From a virus (taxonomy: Duplodnaviria; Caudoviricetes), in the IMG/VR virus record IMGVR_UViG_3300020045_011785, positions 7,973 to 71,972 of that record: 64,000 nt of DNA, one strand, 5' to 3'. The translations under genes were made by a program, and so were the position numbers. A model generated the notes under the pieces. The model had not been told where the DNA came from and did no database searches. It saw only the letters and a list, made by a program, of their open reading frames with translations. This document shows, piece by piece, positions 39,367 to 49,240 of this stretch (position 1 is its first letter; every line of letters starts with the position of its first letter).

Positions 39367-39561
39367 ATGACAAATAAAAAGGATATGACATTAACCTCTG
39401 TGAAAGTACAGAGTGAGTTATTCGAGGATTTCAAGATTGCCTGTGTTAAGTACAAATTTTCTTTACAAAAACTTGCCGACCGCACTATTCATTTGTATCT
39501 TACAGATGAAGATTTTCGTAAAAAAGTTCATTCACACAACAACCTAGAAATTAAAAATTAA
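39367..39561 (+). CDS. Small protein, possible ribbon-helix-helix DNA binder
   Basis: LTSVKV strand then helices (SELFEDFKIACVK, SLQKLADRTIHLYL). Confidence 0.45.
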   Translation: MTNKKDMTLTSVKVQSELFEDFKIACVKYKFSLQKLADRTIHLYLTDEDFRKKVHSHNNLEIKN

Positions 39562-39568
39562 AAAACAC

Positions 39569-41005
39569 ATGAATTCAAGTTTTGCTTACTTACCTCCTGA
39601 TAAGAGGAAGAAAATTATGCTTATTTGTGATGATATTAGAGTTCACTCTGGTGTAGCAACAGTAGGTAGAGAAATTGTAATCCATACAGCCCAACATTTT
39701 AATTGGGTAAACATCGGAGGAGCTATTAAACATCCTGATAACGGAAAACGTTTTGATTTATCACAATCAACAAACGAGACTACAGGATTAACAGATACAT
39801 CTGTTACTTTATATCCTGTTGATGAGTATGGTAATCCTGATATTTTGAGACAACTTATCAAAATCGAGAAACCAGATGCAATTATGTTGATTACTGATCC
39901 TCGTTATTTTGTTTGGTTGTTTATGATGGAAAACGAAATCCGTAGAACAATCCCTATTACTTACTTAAACATTTGGGATGATTACCCAGCACCTTTATAT
40001 AACAAACCATTCTATGAGGCATGTGATTTGTTGATGGGTATTTCAAAACAAACAGTAAATATCAATAAATTGGTTTTAGGTGATGTTGCTAACAATAGAA
40101 TTCTTAAATATATTCCTCATGGATTGAATCACGAAATATTTAAACCTTTAGATAAAAATGATTCTGCTTTAAAGGAATTTAAAAAACAATTATTCAAAGG
40201 TAAAGAATATGATTTTGCTTTGTTGTTTAACTCAAGAAACATCAGACGTAAACAAATTCCAGATACACTTTTAGCTTACAGAATTTTTATTGATCAATTA
40301 CCTATTGAACAAGCTAAAAAATGTTGTTTAGTACTTCATACAGAACGAGTTAACGAACATGGTACTGATTTGGAAGCCGTAATTGAGTTGTTATTAAATG
40401 GTGAACAGTATAATGTTATCTTTACTGATGCTAGATTTGATAACGGACAAATGAACATGTTGTATAATAGTACTGATGCTCAAATTTTGTTAACATCTAA
40501 CGAAGGTTGGGGATTAAGTTTAACCGAAGCTATCTTAGCAGGTAGACCTATTATTGCAAACGTAACAGGTGGAATGCAAGACCAAATGAGATTTGAAGAC
40601 GAAAATGGAAATTGGTACACACCATCTCCAGAAATCCCTTCAAACCATAGAGGTACTTATAAAAAACATGGTAAGTGGGCTTTCCCAGTATACCCAACAT
40701 CTCGTTCAATTGTTGGTTCACCTCCAACCCCATATATCTTTGATGATAGATGTGAGGCAGAAGATGCAGCTAAACAGATTATGAATGTTTACAATTTGTC
40801 TCCTGAAGAACGTGCTGAATTAGGTTTAGCAGGTAGAGAATGGGCTATTAGTGATGAAGCCGGATTTACAGGTGATCATCAAGGTAAAAGAGTAATAGAG
40901 GCATTTGATCAACTATTTGAAACTTGGACACCAAGAGAGAAATATGAATTAATCAATACAAACGAAGTTAAAGATAGAGTTTTAAACCATAAATTGTTAT
41001 ATTAA
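39569..41005 (+). CDS. Glycosyltransferase, GT-B/GT4-like
   Basis: SGVATV, IPHG, FNSRNIRRK, SNEGWGLSLTEA. Confidence 0.85.
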   Translation: MNSSFAYLPPDKRKKIMLICDDIRVHSGVATVGREIVIHTAQHFNWVNIGGAIKHPDNGKRFDLSQSTNETTGLTDTSVTLYPVDEYGNPDILRQLIKIEKPDAIMLITDPRYFVWLFMMENEIRRTIPITYLNIWDDYPAPLYNKPFYEACDLLMGISKQTVNINKLVLGDVANNRILKYIPHGLNHEIFKPLDKNDSALKEFKKQLFKGKEYDFALLFNSRNIRRKQIPDTLLAYRIFIDQLPIEQAKKCCLVLHTERVNEHGTDLEAVIELLLNGEQYNVIFTDARFDNGQMNMLYNSTDAQILLTSNEGWGLSLTEAILAGRPIIANVTGGMQDQMRFEDENGNWYTPSPEIPSNHRGTYKKHGKWAFPVYPTSRSIVGSPPTPYIFDDRCEAEDAAKQIMNVYNLSPEERAELGLAGREWAISDEAGFTGDHQGKRVIEAFDQLFETWTPREKYELINTNEVKDRVLNHKLLY

Positions 41006-42312
41006 TGAAACCATTATTTATTATAAGTTGCCCTTTCGACACCTTTAGTGGCTACGGTGCTCGTTCAAGAGATTTAGTTAAAGCCATTATTGAAACTGAT
41101 AAGTACGAGGTAAAACTCTTATCACAAAGATGGGGTATCACACCTTTTGGATTTTGTGATGCTAATCCTGAGTGGTCATTTTTGATGGATCATGCTTTAA
41201 CTTCACCACAATTACCTAAACAACCAGAAATTTGGATGCAGATTACCGTACCAAATGAATTTCAACCTATTGGAAAATTTAATATTGGTTGCACAGCAGG
41301 TATTGAAAGTACTGTTTGTCCTGGAGATTGGATTGAAGGTATTAATAGAATGAATTTAACTTTTGTATCATCAAACCATTCTAAAAAAGTATTTGAAGAA
41401 TCTAAGTTTGAAAAACGAAACAAACAAACCAATGCTCTAGAAGGTGAAGTAACTCTAGAAAAACCAGTTGAAGTATTGTTTGAAGGTGCTGATACAGACA
41501 TTTATAAAGTAATTGAATCACACCAAATTAAAAATATCAACCTAGATTCTATTAAAGAAAAATTTGCTTACTTGTTTGTAGGTCACTGGATGGAAGGTGA
41601 TTTGGGTGAGGATAGAAAAAATGTAGGTTTACTAGTTAAAGCGTTTTTTGAAACATTTAAAAATAAAGTTAACAAACCCGCATTAATTCTAAAAACAGCT
41701 CAAGTAGGTTCATCTTACTATGATAGAGAAGAACTCTTAAAGAAAATTAAGAAAATTAGAAAATCAGTAGGTTCAGATAACGTACCAAATGTTTATTTGT
41801 TATGTGGTGATTTTAGTGATTCAGAAATGAATGAACTTTATAACCACCCAAAAGTAAAAGCTATGATTAGCTTAACTAAAGGTGAAGGTTATGGACGCCC
41901 ATTGTTAGAATTTACTTTGACTAAAAAGCCTTTGATTACAACAGGATGGAGTGGACAGATGGATTTCTTGAATCCTGAGTTTACCAACTTAGTAGGAGGT
42001 CAATTAACTCCAGTACATCCAAGTACTAAAAATCAATTTTTACTTGCCGATTCAAGATGGTTCTCTCCAGATCATGGTCAAGTAGGTTTTTATTTAAAAG
42101 ATGTATTTGAAAACTATAAAAACTATACTGATAAAGCTAAACGTCAAGCATTTAAATCTAAAAACGAATTTAGTTGGGATAAAATGGCTGATAAAGTAGA
42201 TGAATTGCTTACACAATATGTTCCTGAGTTTCCTCAAGAGGTAGAACTTAAACTACCAGCAATGAAAAAAATTGAAATACCAAAACTTAAAAAATTAAAT
42301 ACAAATGGATAA
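41005..42312 (+). CDS. Glycosyltransferase, GT-B/GT4-like
   Basis: SGYG, FVGHW...RKN, KGEGYGRPLLEF. Confidence 0.82.
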   Translation: MKPLFIISCPFDTFSGYGARSRDLVKAIIETDKYEVKLLSQRWGITPFGFCDANPEWSFLMDHALTSPQLPKQPEIWMQITVPNEFQPIGKFNIGCTAGIESTVCPGDWIEGINRMNLTFVSSNHSKKVFEESKFEKRNKQTNALEGEVTLEKPVEVLFEGADTDIYKVIESHQIKNINLDSIKEKFAYLFVGHWMEGDLGEDRKNVGLLVKAFFETFKNKVNKPALILKTAQVGSSYYDREELLKKIKKIRKSVGSDNVPNVYLLCGDFSDSEMNELYNHPKVKAMISLTKGEGYGRPLLEFTLTKKPLITTGWSGQMDFLNPEFTNLVGGQLTPVHPSTKNQFLLADSRWFSPDHGQVGFYLKDVFENYKNYTDKAKRQAFKSKNEFSWDKMADKVDELLTQYVPEFPQEVELKLPAMKKIEIPKLKKLNTNG

Positions 42313-42760
42313 TCTAATTAATTGTACTCGATGTGGTTCTGATGCTTGTTATGTAGATGAAGTAAACCAGGACATTAAAACATATTTTTGTTATGGGTGT
42401 GGTTTCCAAACCAACTCCATAATGAAAGAAGGTGAAGAATTTTATGAGCAACAAATAGCCATACTTCCAGAACTTTATAAGGATTTATTTTATAAAGATG
42501 AAGATGGTAAGTTTTGGATGCCTTCAACAGTAAATATTCCTACTCAAGGAATGGTATTTGCAAATGGAGCTAGTGCTTTTAATTGGAATTGGGCCGCTGT
42601 AAAAGCAGTAAAGGTAAGTGAAGAAGAAAAAACCAAATACCCAATGCCAGGTAAAGAAGGACAATTCTATGAGTGGAGAATGGATATGTCTACTCTTCAA
42701 GAATTCCCTGAGCGTGAGTATATGGAAGCCCTTTCGTACATTGGAGTACTACCAGAATGA
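42305..42760 (+). CDS. Zinc-ribbon hypothetical protein
   Basis: CTRCGSDAC and CYGCG. Confidence 0.6.
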   Translation: MDNLINCTRCGSDACYVDEVNQDIKTYFCYGCGFQTNSIMKEGEEFYEQQIAILPELYKDLFYKDEDGKFWMPSTVNIPTQGMVFANGASAFNWNWAAVKAVKVSEEEKTKYPMPGKEGQFYEWRMDMSTLQEFPEREYMEALSYIGVLPE

Positions 42761-43365
42761 TTAGTATAGCAATAACGGTTTGTAACGAACATAAGGAGTT
42801 AGAGACTCTACTTGATTATCTTCAAGAACGAGCTCTATCTCCTGAGTACGAAATTATTATCCAAATTGATAAGGATAATCATACCGATGATGTTATTGGG
42901 GTAATTGTAAATAGAGGTATTAAACACCACTTTTTCCCCTTAAATAAAGATTTTGCTGCTTATAAAAACGAACTAATTAAACACTGTTCTGGAGAATATA
43001 TCTTCCAGGTCGATGCTGATGAAATACCTAGTGTTGATTTACTCAACATGCTACCAGGTATTTTAGAGAGCAATCCTGATGTGGATGTATACTTAGTTCC
43101 TCGGATTAATACCGTAAGTGGTCTCACCGAGGAACATATCCAGAAATGGAAATGGAAAGTTGAAGGCGACAGAATCAATTTCCCTGATTATCAGTGGAGA
43201 ATATACAAAAATATTCCTACAATAAAATGGATAAATAAAGTACATGAAAGGTTGGATGGGTTCAAAACTTATAGTACATTACCCCCACTAGATGACTTTT
43301 GTTTACTTCATCCAAAAACAATTGAACGACAAGAAAAACAAAACAATTTTTACAACACGTTATGA
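42757..43365 (+). CDS. Glycosyltransferase family 2
   Basis: ITVCNE, FAAYKN, FQVDADE, VHERL. Confidence 0.85.
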   Translation: MISIAITVCNEHKELETLLDYLQERALSPEYEIIIQIDKDNHTDDVIGVIVNRGIKHHFFPLNKDFAAYKNELIKHCSGEYIFQVDADEIPSVDLLNMLPGILESNPDVDVYLVPRINTVSGLTEEHIQKWKWKVEGDRINFPDYQWRIYKNIPTIKWINKVHERLDGFKTYSTLPPLDDFCLLHPKTIERQEKQNNFYNTL

Positions 43366-43805
43366 TATATTGGTTTACAGGACAACCCGGACACGGTAAA
43401 ACAGTTTTAGCAGCTGCTTTTAAAGAGTATTTAAATAATGATTGTTTCCATATTGATGGAGATGATATTCGAGAAATTTTTGATAATAAAGATTACTCGG
43501 AGGCTGGTCGTAGAAAAAATATTGAGTTAGCTCAACATTTAGCTCATTTTCTACACAGAAAAGGACAAAACGTTGTTGTGTCTTTGGTTTCACCTTATAA
43601 AGATCAAAGAGATGCTTTTAAAGGTAAACTAGGAAAAGGTATTTTAGAATATTATGTTCACACAACAAATATTAGAGGTAGAGAAGATTTTCATGTTAGC
43701 AACTATGAAGCACCTACAGAAGATTTTTGTGATATAAACACAACAGATATTGCTCCTTTAGATAGCCTAAAACAAATCATCAGCTATGCCGAAAAGCAAG
43801 GATAA
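43362..43805 (+). CDS. cysC: Adenylylsulfate (APS) kinase, short form
   Basis: WFTGQPGHGKT, IDGDDIR, DYSEAGRRKNI, VSPY, YEAP. Confidence 0.8.
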   Translation: MIYWFTGQPGHGKTVLAAAFKEYLNNDCFHIDGDDIREIFDNKDYSEAGRRKNIELAQHLAHFLHRKGQNVVVSLVSPYKDQRDAFKGKLGKGILEYYVHTTNIRGREDFHVSNYEAPTEDFCDINTTDIAPLDSLKQIISYAEKQG

Positions 43806-44139
43806 AAAGAATACTATATTTTGTGATATTGATGGTACTATTTTTAAGTACCGTAAGTTTGAAACTTATAAAACATCAGAAGCAGAACCTATTCAATCCA
43901 CAGTAGATTATTTAAAACAACAGTACGAATTAGGACACATGATTGTTTTAACAACCGCAAGACCAGATAACCTTCTTGGACACACATTGTGGGAATTGAA
44001 TTCTAATTCTGTACCTTACCATAAAGTAATAATGGGAATTGAAAGAGGACCTAGATATCTAATAAATGATATGGATCCTGAAGCAGAAGGTAAAAGAGCA
44101 ATAGCAGTAAATTTAATAAGAGATCAAGGATTTAATTAA
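43786..44139 (+). CDS. HAD-family phosphatase-like protein
   Basis: CDIDGT, LTTAR, LIND. Confidence 0.7.
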   Translation: MPKSKDKKNTIFCDIDGTIFKYRKFETYKTSEAEPIQSTVDYLKQQYELGHMIVLTTARPDNLLGHTLWELNSNSVPYHKVIMGIERGPRYLINDMDPEAEGKRAIAVNLIRDQGFN

Positions 44140-44140
44140 T

Positions 44141-44536
44141 ATGGAAAACTGGAGTAAAAAATTACACGTAGAATCATCATTACCTGCTAAACCAGGTCAA
44201 CACGCTATGTTTGTAGGTAGATGGCAACCACTACATACAGGACACCAAGAACTATTTAAACGAGCAATGGATGAAGGTAAGAATGTCTTGATTTGTATTA
44301 GAGACATTCAACCCGATGAAAAAAATCCATTCACAGCTCAACAAGTATTAGAAAACATTACTGAGTTTTATCAAAATGAACCTCGAGTAAAAGTAATGGT
44401 TATTCCTGATATTTGTTCAATTGAATTTGGACGTGGTGTTGGTTATGATATTATTGAACATGTTCCCCCTACAGCTATTGGAGAAATTTCGGCTACTAAA
44501 ATTAGAGAACAATTAAGAAATGAAGGTAAGTTATAA
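44141..44536 (+). CDS. HxGH nucleotidyltransferase (cytidylyltransferase-like)
   Basis: GRWQPLHTGH, ISATKIR. Confidence 0.8.
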   Translation: MENWSKKLHVESSLPAKPGQHAMFVGRWQPLHTGHQELFKRAMDEGKNVLICIRDIQPDEKNPFTAQQVLENITEFYQNEPRVKVMVIPDICSIEFGRGVGYDIIEHVPPTAIGEISATKIREQLRNEGKL

Positions 44537-44756
44537 AAGACACTTAGCCAAAACTATTACTTGGCGAATTGTAGGAACAATTGATACTATCCTATTAAGT
44601 TGGTTAATTACAGGTAATTTAACTGTTGGTTTAACTATTGGTGGTATAGAAGTTATGTCAAAAATGATTTTATACTTTGTTCATGAACGAGTATGGTATA
44701 AGTGGATTAAATTTGGATTAAAGAAAGAAAATGAAACTGAAAGTAGCTCACTTTAA
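44520..44756 (+). CDS. DUF2061-like small membrane protein
   Basis: KTITWR, K.ILYFVHERVW. Confidence 0.75.
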   Translation: MKVSYKRHLAKTITWRIVGTIDTILLSWLITGNLTVGLTIGGIEVMSKMILYFVHERVWYKWIKFGLKKENETESSSL

Positions 44757-45543
44757 TGAACAAGTCTTTAAAGATAAACTTCAACATTTATCTCATTTAG
44801 ACTTTTCACTGTTTATTGAAACCGCTCCTCAATCACAAGATGAGTTGTCTGATATAAACATCATCTCATTTCAGGAACCAAATGAATACTTTGGACTACA
44901 TGATTGGGTTATTAAAAATCAACATCTATTCTCAGTTATCCTAACCCAAAGTGATAAAGTATTAAATAATTGTGAGGATGCGCTTTATCAACCTTTTGGA
45001 CATACTTGGTTAAAACCAGACCAATATGAAAAGGAACATGATAAAGAATTTAAATTAGCCCATTTACAAGGTAAATTACTTAAAACACACGGTCATTCTT
45101 TAAGACATGAGGTAACAGCCAGACAAAACGAATTCAGTATTCTTACTAAGTTTTACGAAACATATGGGGACAGAAATAACATTGATGATGCTCGTTTAGG
45201 TAAAGAATTTATATTTGGAGACTCACAATTTGGAGTAGTAATTGAAAATACATCTCATAGAGGTTATTTCACTGAAAAAATATTAGATTGTTTTTTACTT
45301 AAAACAATTCCAATTTATTGGGGTTGTTCGAATATAGGGGATTATTTTGATATAGACGGTATTATAACGTTTAATAACGTAGATGATTTGATATACAAAA
45401 CAAACCAATTAAATGAAAATTATTACGAAAATAGAAAAGAAATAATTGAAAAAAATTGGAAATTGGCTTTAGAGTACGTAGATTACGAGCAAAACATAGC
45501 TAACACAATTACAAACATTTTTAAACACAATAAATTAATATGA
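44731..45543 (+). CDS. GT10 (fucosyltransferase)-like glycosyltransferase
   Basis: VIENT...YFTEKILDCF..KTIPIYWG. Confidence 0.7.
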   Translation: MKLKVAHFNEQVFKDKLQHLSHLDFSLFIETAPQSQDELSDINIISFQEPNEYFGLHDWVIKNQHLFSVILTQSDKVLNNCEDALYQPFGHTWLKPDQYEKEHDKEFKLAHLQGKLLKTHGHSLRHEVTARQNEFSILTKFYETYGDRNNIDDARLGKEFIFGDSQFGVVIENTSHRGYFTEKILDCFLLKTIPIYWGCSNIGDYFDIDGIITFNNVDDLIYKTNQLNENYYENRKEIIEKNWKLALEYVDYEQNIANTITNIFKHNKLI

Positions 45544-46682
45544 GAAAAATATGGTACGCCCCTTATAAGTTTGAATCTTATGGGGAAGAAGAAATTAAAG
45601 CCGTAGAAGAATCACTACGTTCTGGATGGTTAGGTGGACAAGGTCCTAAATCAGTTGAATTTGAAGAAAAAATTGCTAAACGTTTTGGTAAAAAGTTTGG
45701 TGTATTTGTAAATTCAGGTTCATCAGCATGTTTGTTAGCTATTGCTGCTTTGGATTTACCTAAAGGATGTAGTATTATTACTCCTGCTTGTACGTTTTCA
45801 ACTACCTTAGCACCTATTATTCAATTGGGTTATAAACCTAAATTTGTAGATGTAGGACTAAATGATTATGTAGCTGATATTGATCAAGTAGTAGCAGCAA
45901 TCACTCCTGATGTAAAAGCAATTATGTTACCTAATTTGATTGGTAATAAACCTAATTGGACTAAACTAAAGCAAGAAATTAAATTGTTAGGCAGAACAGA
46001 TATCATCTTAATTGAAGATTCAGCTGATACGATTACTGAAACATTGGAAACAGATGTAGCAACAACTAGTTTTTATGCCTCACACGTTATCACAGCAGGT
46101 GGTGTTGGTGGTATGGTAATGTTTAACGATAAAAAACACGTCACTAAGTGTCTACAATACAGAGACTGGGGTAGGTTGGGTGATGATTCGGAAATTATGG
46201 ATGATCGCTTTAATCACAGCGTAGACGGTATTCCTTATGATCATAAGTTTTTGTATTCTGTATTAGGATACCACATGAAAGCTTGTGAAATGAATGCTGC
46301 TTTTGGATTGGTTCAATTACATCGTTTTGAAAAATTCTCTCAAATTAGAAGAGAAAATATTGAACGTTACATTGAAAACCTTCAAGGTGTAGGTGATTTG
46401 ATCCTCCCAGATGATTCTATTCAACCAAACTGGTTAGCAATTCCTTTACAAACTGAAAAGCGTTTTGAGTTGCTTAACTTCCTAGAAGATAACAACATTC
46501 AAACACGAGTAACATTTGCTGGAAACGTAACACGTCACCCTGTTTATAGAGAATATTTGCAAGATTTTGAAAATGCAGATATTATTATGAAAAATGGTTT
46601 CTTGTTAGGTGCACACCACGGAATGACTGTTGAGGATGTAGATTACGTTTGCGATAAAATTAAAGAATTTTTTAATAAATAA
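45540..46682 (+). CDS. DegT/DnrJ/RfbH-family PLP enzyme (sugar 3-dehydrase/aminotransferase)
   Basis: VNSGSSA, IEDSAD, SFYASHVIT.GG.GG, YRDWGR; His at the active-site position as in RfbH/ColD dehydrases. Confidence 0.85.
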   Translation: MRKIWYAPYKFESYGEEEIKAVEESLRSGWLGGQGPKSVEFEEKIAKRFGKKFGVFVNSGSSACLLAIAALDLPKGCSIITPACTFSTTLAPIIQLGYKPKFVDVGLNDYVADIDQVVAAITPDVKAIMLPNLIGNKPNWTKLKQEIKLLGRTDIILIEDSADTITETLETDVATTSFYASHVITAGGVGGMVMFNDKKHVTKCLQYRDWGRLGDDSEIMDDRFNHSVDGIPYDHKFLYSVLGYHMKACEMNAAFGLVQLHRFEKFSQIRRENIERYIENLQGVGDLILPDDSIQPNWLAIPLQTEKRFELLNFLEDNNIQTRVTFAGNVTRHPVYREYLQDFENADIIMKNGFLLGAHHGMTVEDVDYVCDKIKEFFNK

Positions 46683-46685
46683 ACT

Positions 46686-48473
46686 ATGATTAAAGTAAGT
46701 GATGTTGTTGCTGAGTTTTTAAAGCATAAACAAATAGATACTGTATTTGGTATCATTGGTTCAGCTAATTCTCATATTTTTGATTCAATTCAAAATCTAG
46801 GATACACAAAAATTATTTGTACACATCACGAACAAGCTGCAATTATGGCAATGGCTGCTTATTACCGAGCATCGGGTAAATTATCAGCAGCCATTGTAAC
46901 TGCAGGTGCAGGAGCAAGTAACGCTATTACAGGTGTTATAAGTAACTGGGCAGATTCAATTCCCGGATTTATCCTTTCAGGACAAGAACCAAGTACATAC
47001 CTTGATATTCATAAAAATTTAAGAATGTATGGTACTCAAGGATTCAGTGCTTATGAAATGGTTAAAAATGTTACTAAATACAGTAACGTATTAACTAATC
47101 CAAATACAATTCAAACCGAGTTAGAAACACTATATAATATTAGTGTATCTGGAAGACCAGGTCCAACATGGTTAGACATTCCTCTAGACTCACAAGCAAA
47201 AAAGGTTAAATTTAAAGGATTTAGTAATTATTCTAATAAGTCTTTAAGAACAACAGATGCTTACAACTATGCTGATGATATTATTAAGTTAATAAATCAA
47301 TCAAAACGTCCCCTTGTATTAGGTGGAATGGGTATTAAGTTAAGTAGTGCTAAAGATAAATTTAAAAAGTTTATTAACGCAACTCAATTACCTGCTACAC
47401 TAAGTTGGTCTGGAATTGACTTATTACCTACTAATCACAGTTGTAATTATGGAAGATTTGGTTTGTATGGTCAACGAGCAGCTAATTTTATAGCTCAAAA
47501 TGCTGATTTGATTATAGTTTTAGGAAGCAGATTAGCTTTACCCCAAGTAGGATACGATTTTAGTCAGTTTGCTAGAGGAGCTAAAATTGTAGTTGTTGAT
47601 ATTGATGAATTAGAATTAAATAAATACGAAAGAACCATTAAATACAATCACAATGTAAGTATTGTTTTAGACAAATTATTAGAAAATGTTACTAAAATTA
47701 ATCCTGATATTAGTGAATGGAAAACTAAATGTGATTACTATCGTAGTGAATATCCAATAATCAATGATGATTATAAAGATGACAAATATGTTAATTCATA
47801 TAGTTTTGTAAACAAACTTACCCAACAATTATCAGATGACGAAATTATAGTTACTGATATGGGTACAGGTCTATTAAGTGGTCATCAAGCAGGTCATTTA
47901 AAAGAAAACCAAACCATGTTTACAAGTCAAGGTTTAGGTGAAATGGGTGTTGGTTTACCTTATGCTATTGGAGCAGCGTTTGCCGAACCAAATAAACAAA
48001 TCACTTGTTTGAATTGTGATGGAGGTATAATGATGAACCTTCAAGAATTACAAACCATAGTACAACATAACCTTCCAGTTAAAATATTCATTTTTAATAA
48101 TGATGGGTATTTAATGATTAAACATACTCAAAAATTATTCTTTAATGGACGTTATAACTCCGTAGATTCTAGTACAGGAATTCAACTACCAGAATTTGAA
48201 CGAATTGCTTATGGTTTTAAAATTCCTTATGTTAGAATAGATAAAATTGAGGACTTAGATGGAATAGACTTGAATTATAACTCTCCTGTTATTATTGAGG
48301 TGTTTATGGATCCTGAACAAAACTTTATACCTAAAGTAAAAGGTGTAATATTAGAAGATGAATCAATTTTTGCCCCACCACTAGAGGAAATGTCTCCATT
48401 GTTGCCTTTTGAAACTATTCAAAAAGAAATGATAGTAGATATTAGTGAAAAATCCAAACGAATTAAAAGATGA
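46686..48473 (+). CDS. TPP-dependent enzyme (acetolactate synthase/YerE-like)
   Basis: HHEQAA, SGRPGPTWLDIP, CDGGIMMNLQEL...FNN. Confidence 0.88.
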   Translation: MIKVSDVVAEFLKHKQIDTVFGIIGSANSHIFDSIQNLGYTKIICTHHEQAAIMAMAAYYRASGKLSAAIVTAGAGASNAITGVISNWADSIPGFILSGQEPSTYLDIHKNLRMYGTQGFSAYEMVKNVTKYSNVLTNPNTIQTELETLYNISVSGRPGPTWLDIPLDSQAKKVKFKGFSNYSNKSLRTTDAYNYADDIIKLINQSKRPLVLGGMGIKLSSAKDKFKKFINATQLPATLSWSGIDLLPTNHSCNYGRFGLYGQRAANFIAQNADLIIVLGSRLALPQVGYDFSQFARGAKIVVVDIDELELNKYERTIKYNHNVSIVLDKLLENVTKINPDISEWKTKCDYYRSEYPIINDDYKDDKYVNSYSFVNKLTQQLSDDEIIVTDMGTGLLSGHQAGHLKENQTMFTSQGLGEMGVGLPYAIGAAFAEPNKQITCLNCDGGIMMNLQELQTIVQHNLPVKIFIFNNDGYLMIKHTQKLFFNGRYNSVDSSTGIQLPEFERIAYGFKIPYVRIDKIEDLDGIDLNYNSPVIIEVFMDPEQNFIPKVKGVILEDESIFAPPLEEMSPLLPFETIQKEMIVDISEKSKRIKR

Positions 48474-49240
48474 AAGTATTAATTACAGGAGCAAATGGTT
48501 ATATAGGAAAATCTTTAACTAATGCTCTAAAAAATGAATATGAAGTAACTACTTTAACCAGACAAAACGCTGATTTAACTGATGCTGAACAAGTTAAAGA
48601 ATACTTTAAAGATAAATATTTTGATGTAGTTATCCATTGTGCTATTGAAGGTGGCTACAGACTAGAAAAAGATGGACCTGAGGTTATAGATAATAATCTA
48701 AAAATGTACTATAATCTTTTAGATAATAAAACACACTTTAATAAGTTATTTCATTTTGGTTCAGGAGCAGAAAAACAAGATACATTTTATGGTTTAAGTA
48801 AAAAAGTAATTAACGAGTCAATCCAGAATAAAGATAATTTCTATAATATAAGAATATTTGCTGTATTTGATGAAAATGAAAATGACGCTAGATTTGTTAA
48901 AACAAATATTCGTAAGTATATTGACAAAGAAGATATAGAAATTTTTATAAATAAGTATATGGATTTCTTTTATATGGAAGACTTTATTACCTTAATAAAA
49001 TATTGTATAATGCAGGATAAATTACCTAAAACTATTGAATGTTGTTATAATTATAAAACTACTTTATACAATGTAGCCGAAGTTATTAATAGTTTAGAAA
49101 ACCATAAAGTATCAATAAAAATACACAATTGGAAGTTTGGGGAACCATTTAATGGAGAGTTTGTAGATTTAGGATTAGAATTTATTGGTTTGGAACAAGG
49201 TATTAAAAACGTTTATAATAAATTAAAAAATGAATATTAA
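48470..49240 (+). CDS. NAD-dependent epimerase/reductase (extended SDR)
   Basis: ITGANGYIG, YGLSK. Confidence 0.85.
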   Translation: MKVLITGANGYIGKSLTNALKNEYEVTTLTRQNADLTDAEQVKEYFKDKYFDVVIHCAIEGGYRLEKDGPEVIDNNLKMYYNLLDNKTHFNKLFHFGSGAEKQDTFYGLSKKVINESIQNKDNFYNIRIFAVFDENENDARFVKTNIRKYIDKEDIEIFINKYMDFFYMEDFITLIKYCIMQDKLPKTIECCYNYKTTLYNVAEVINSLENHKVSIKIHNWKFGEPFNGEFVDLGLEFIGLEQGIKNVYNKLKNEY

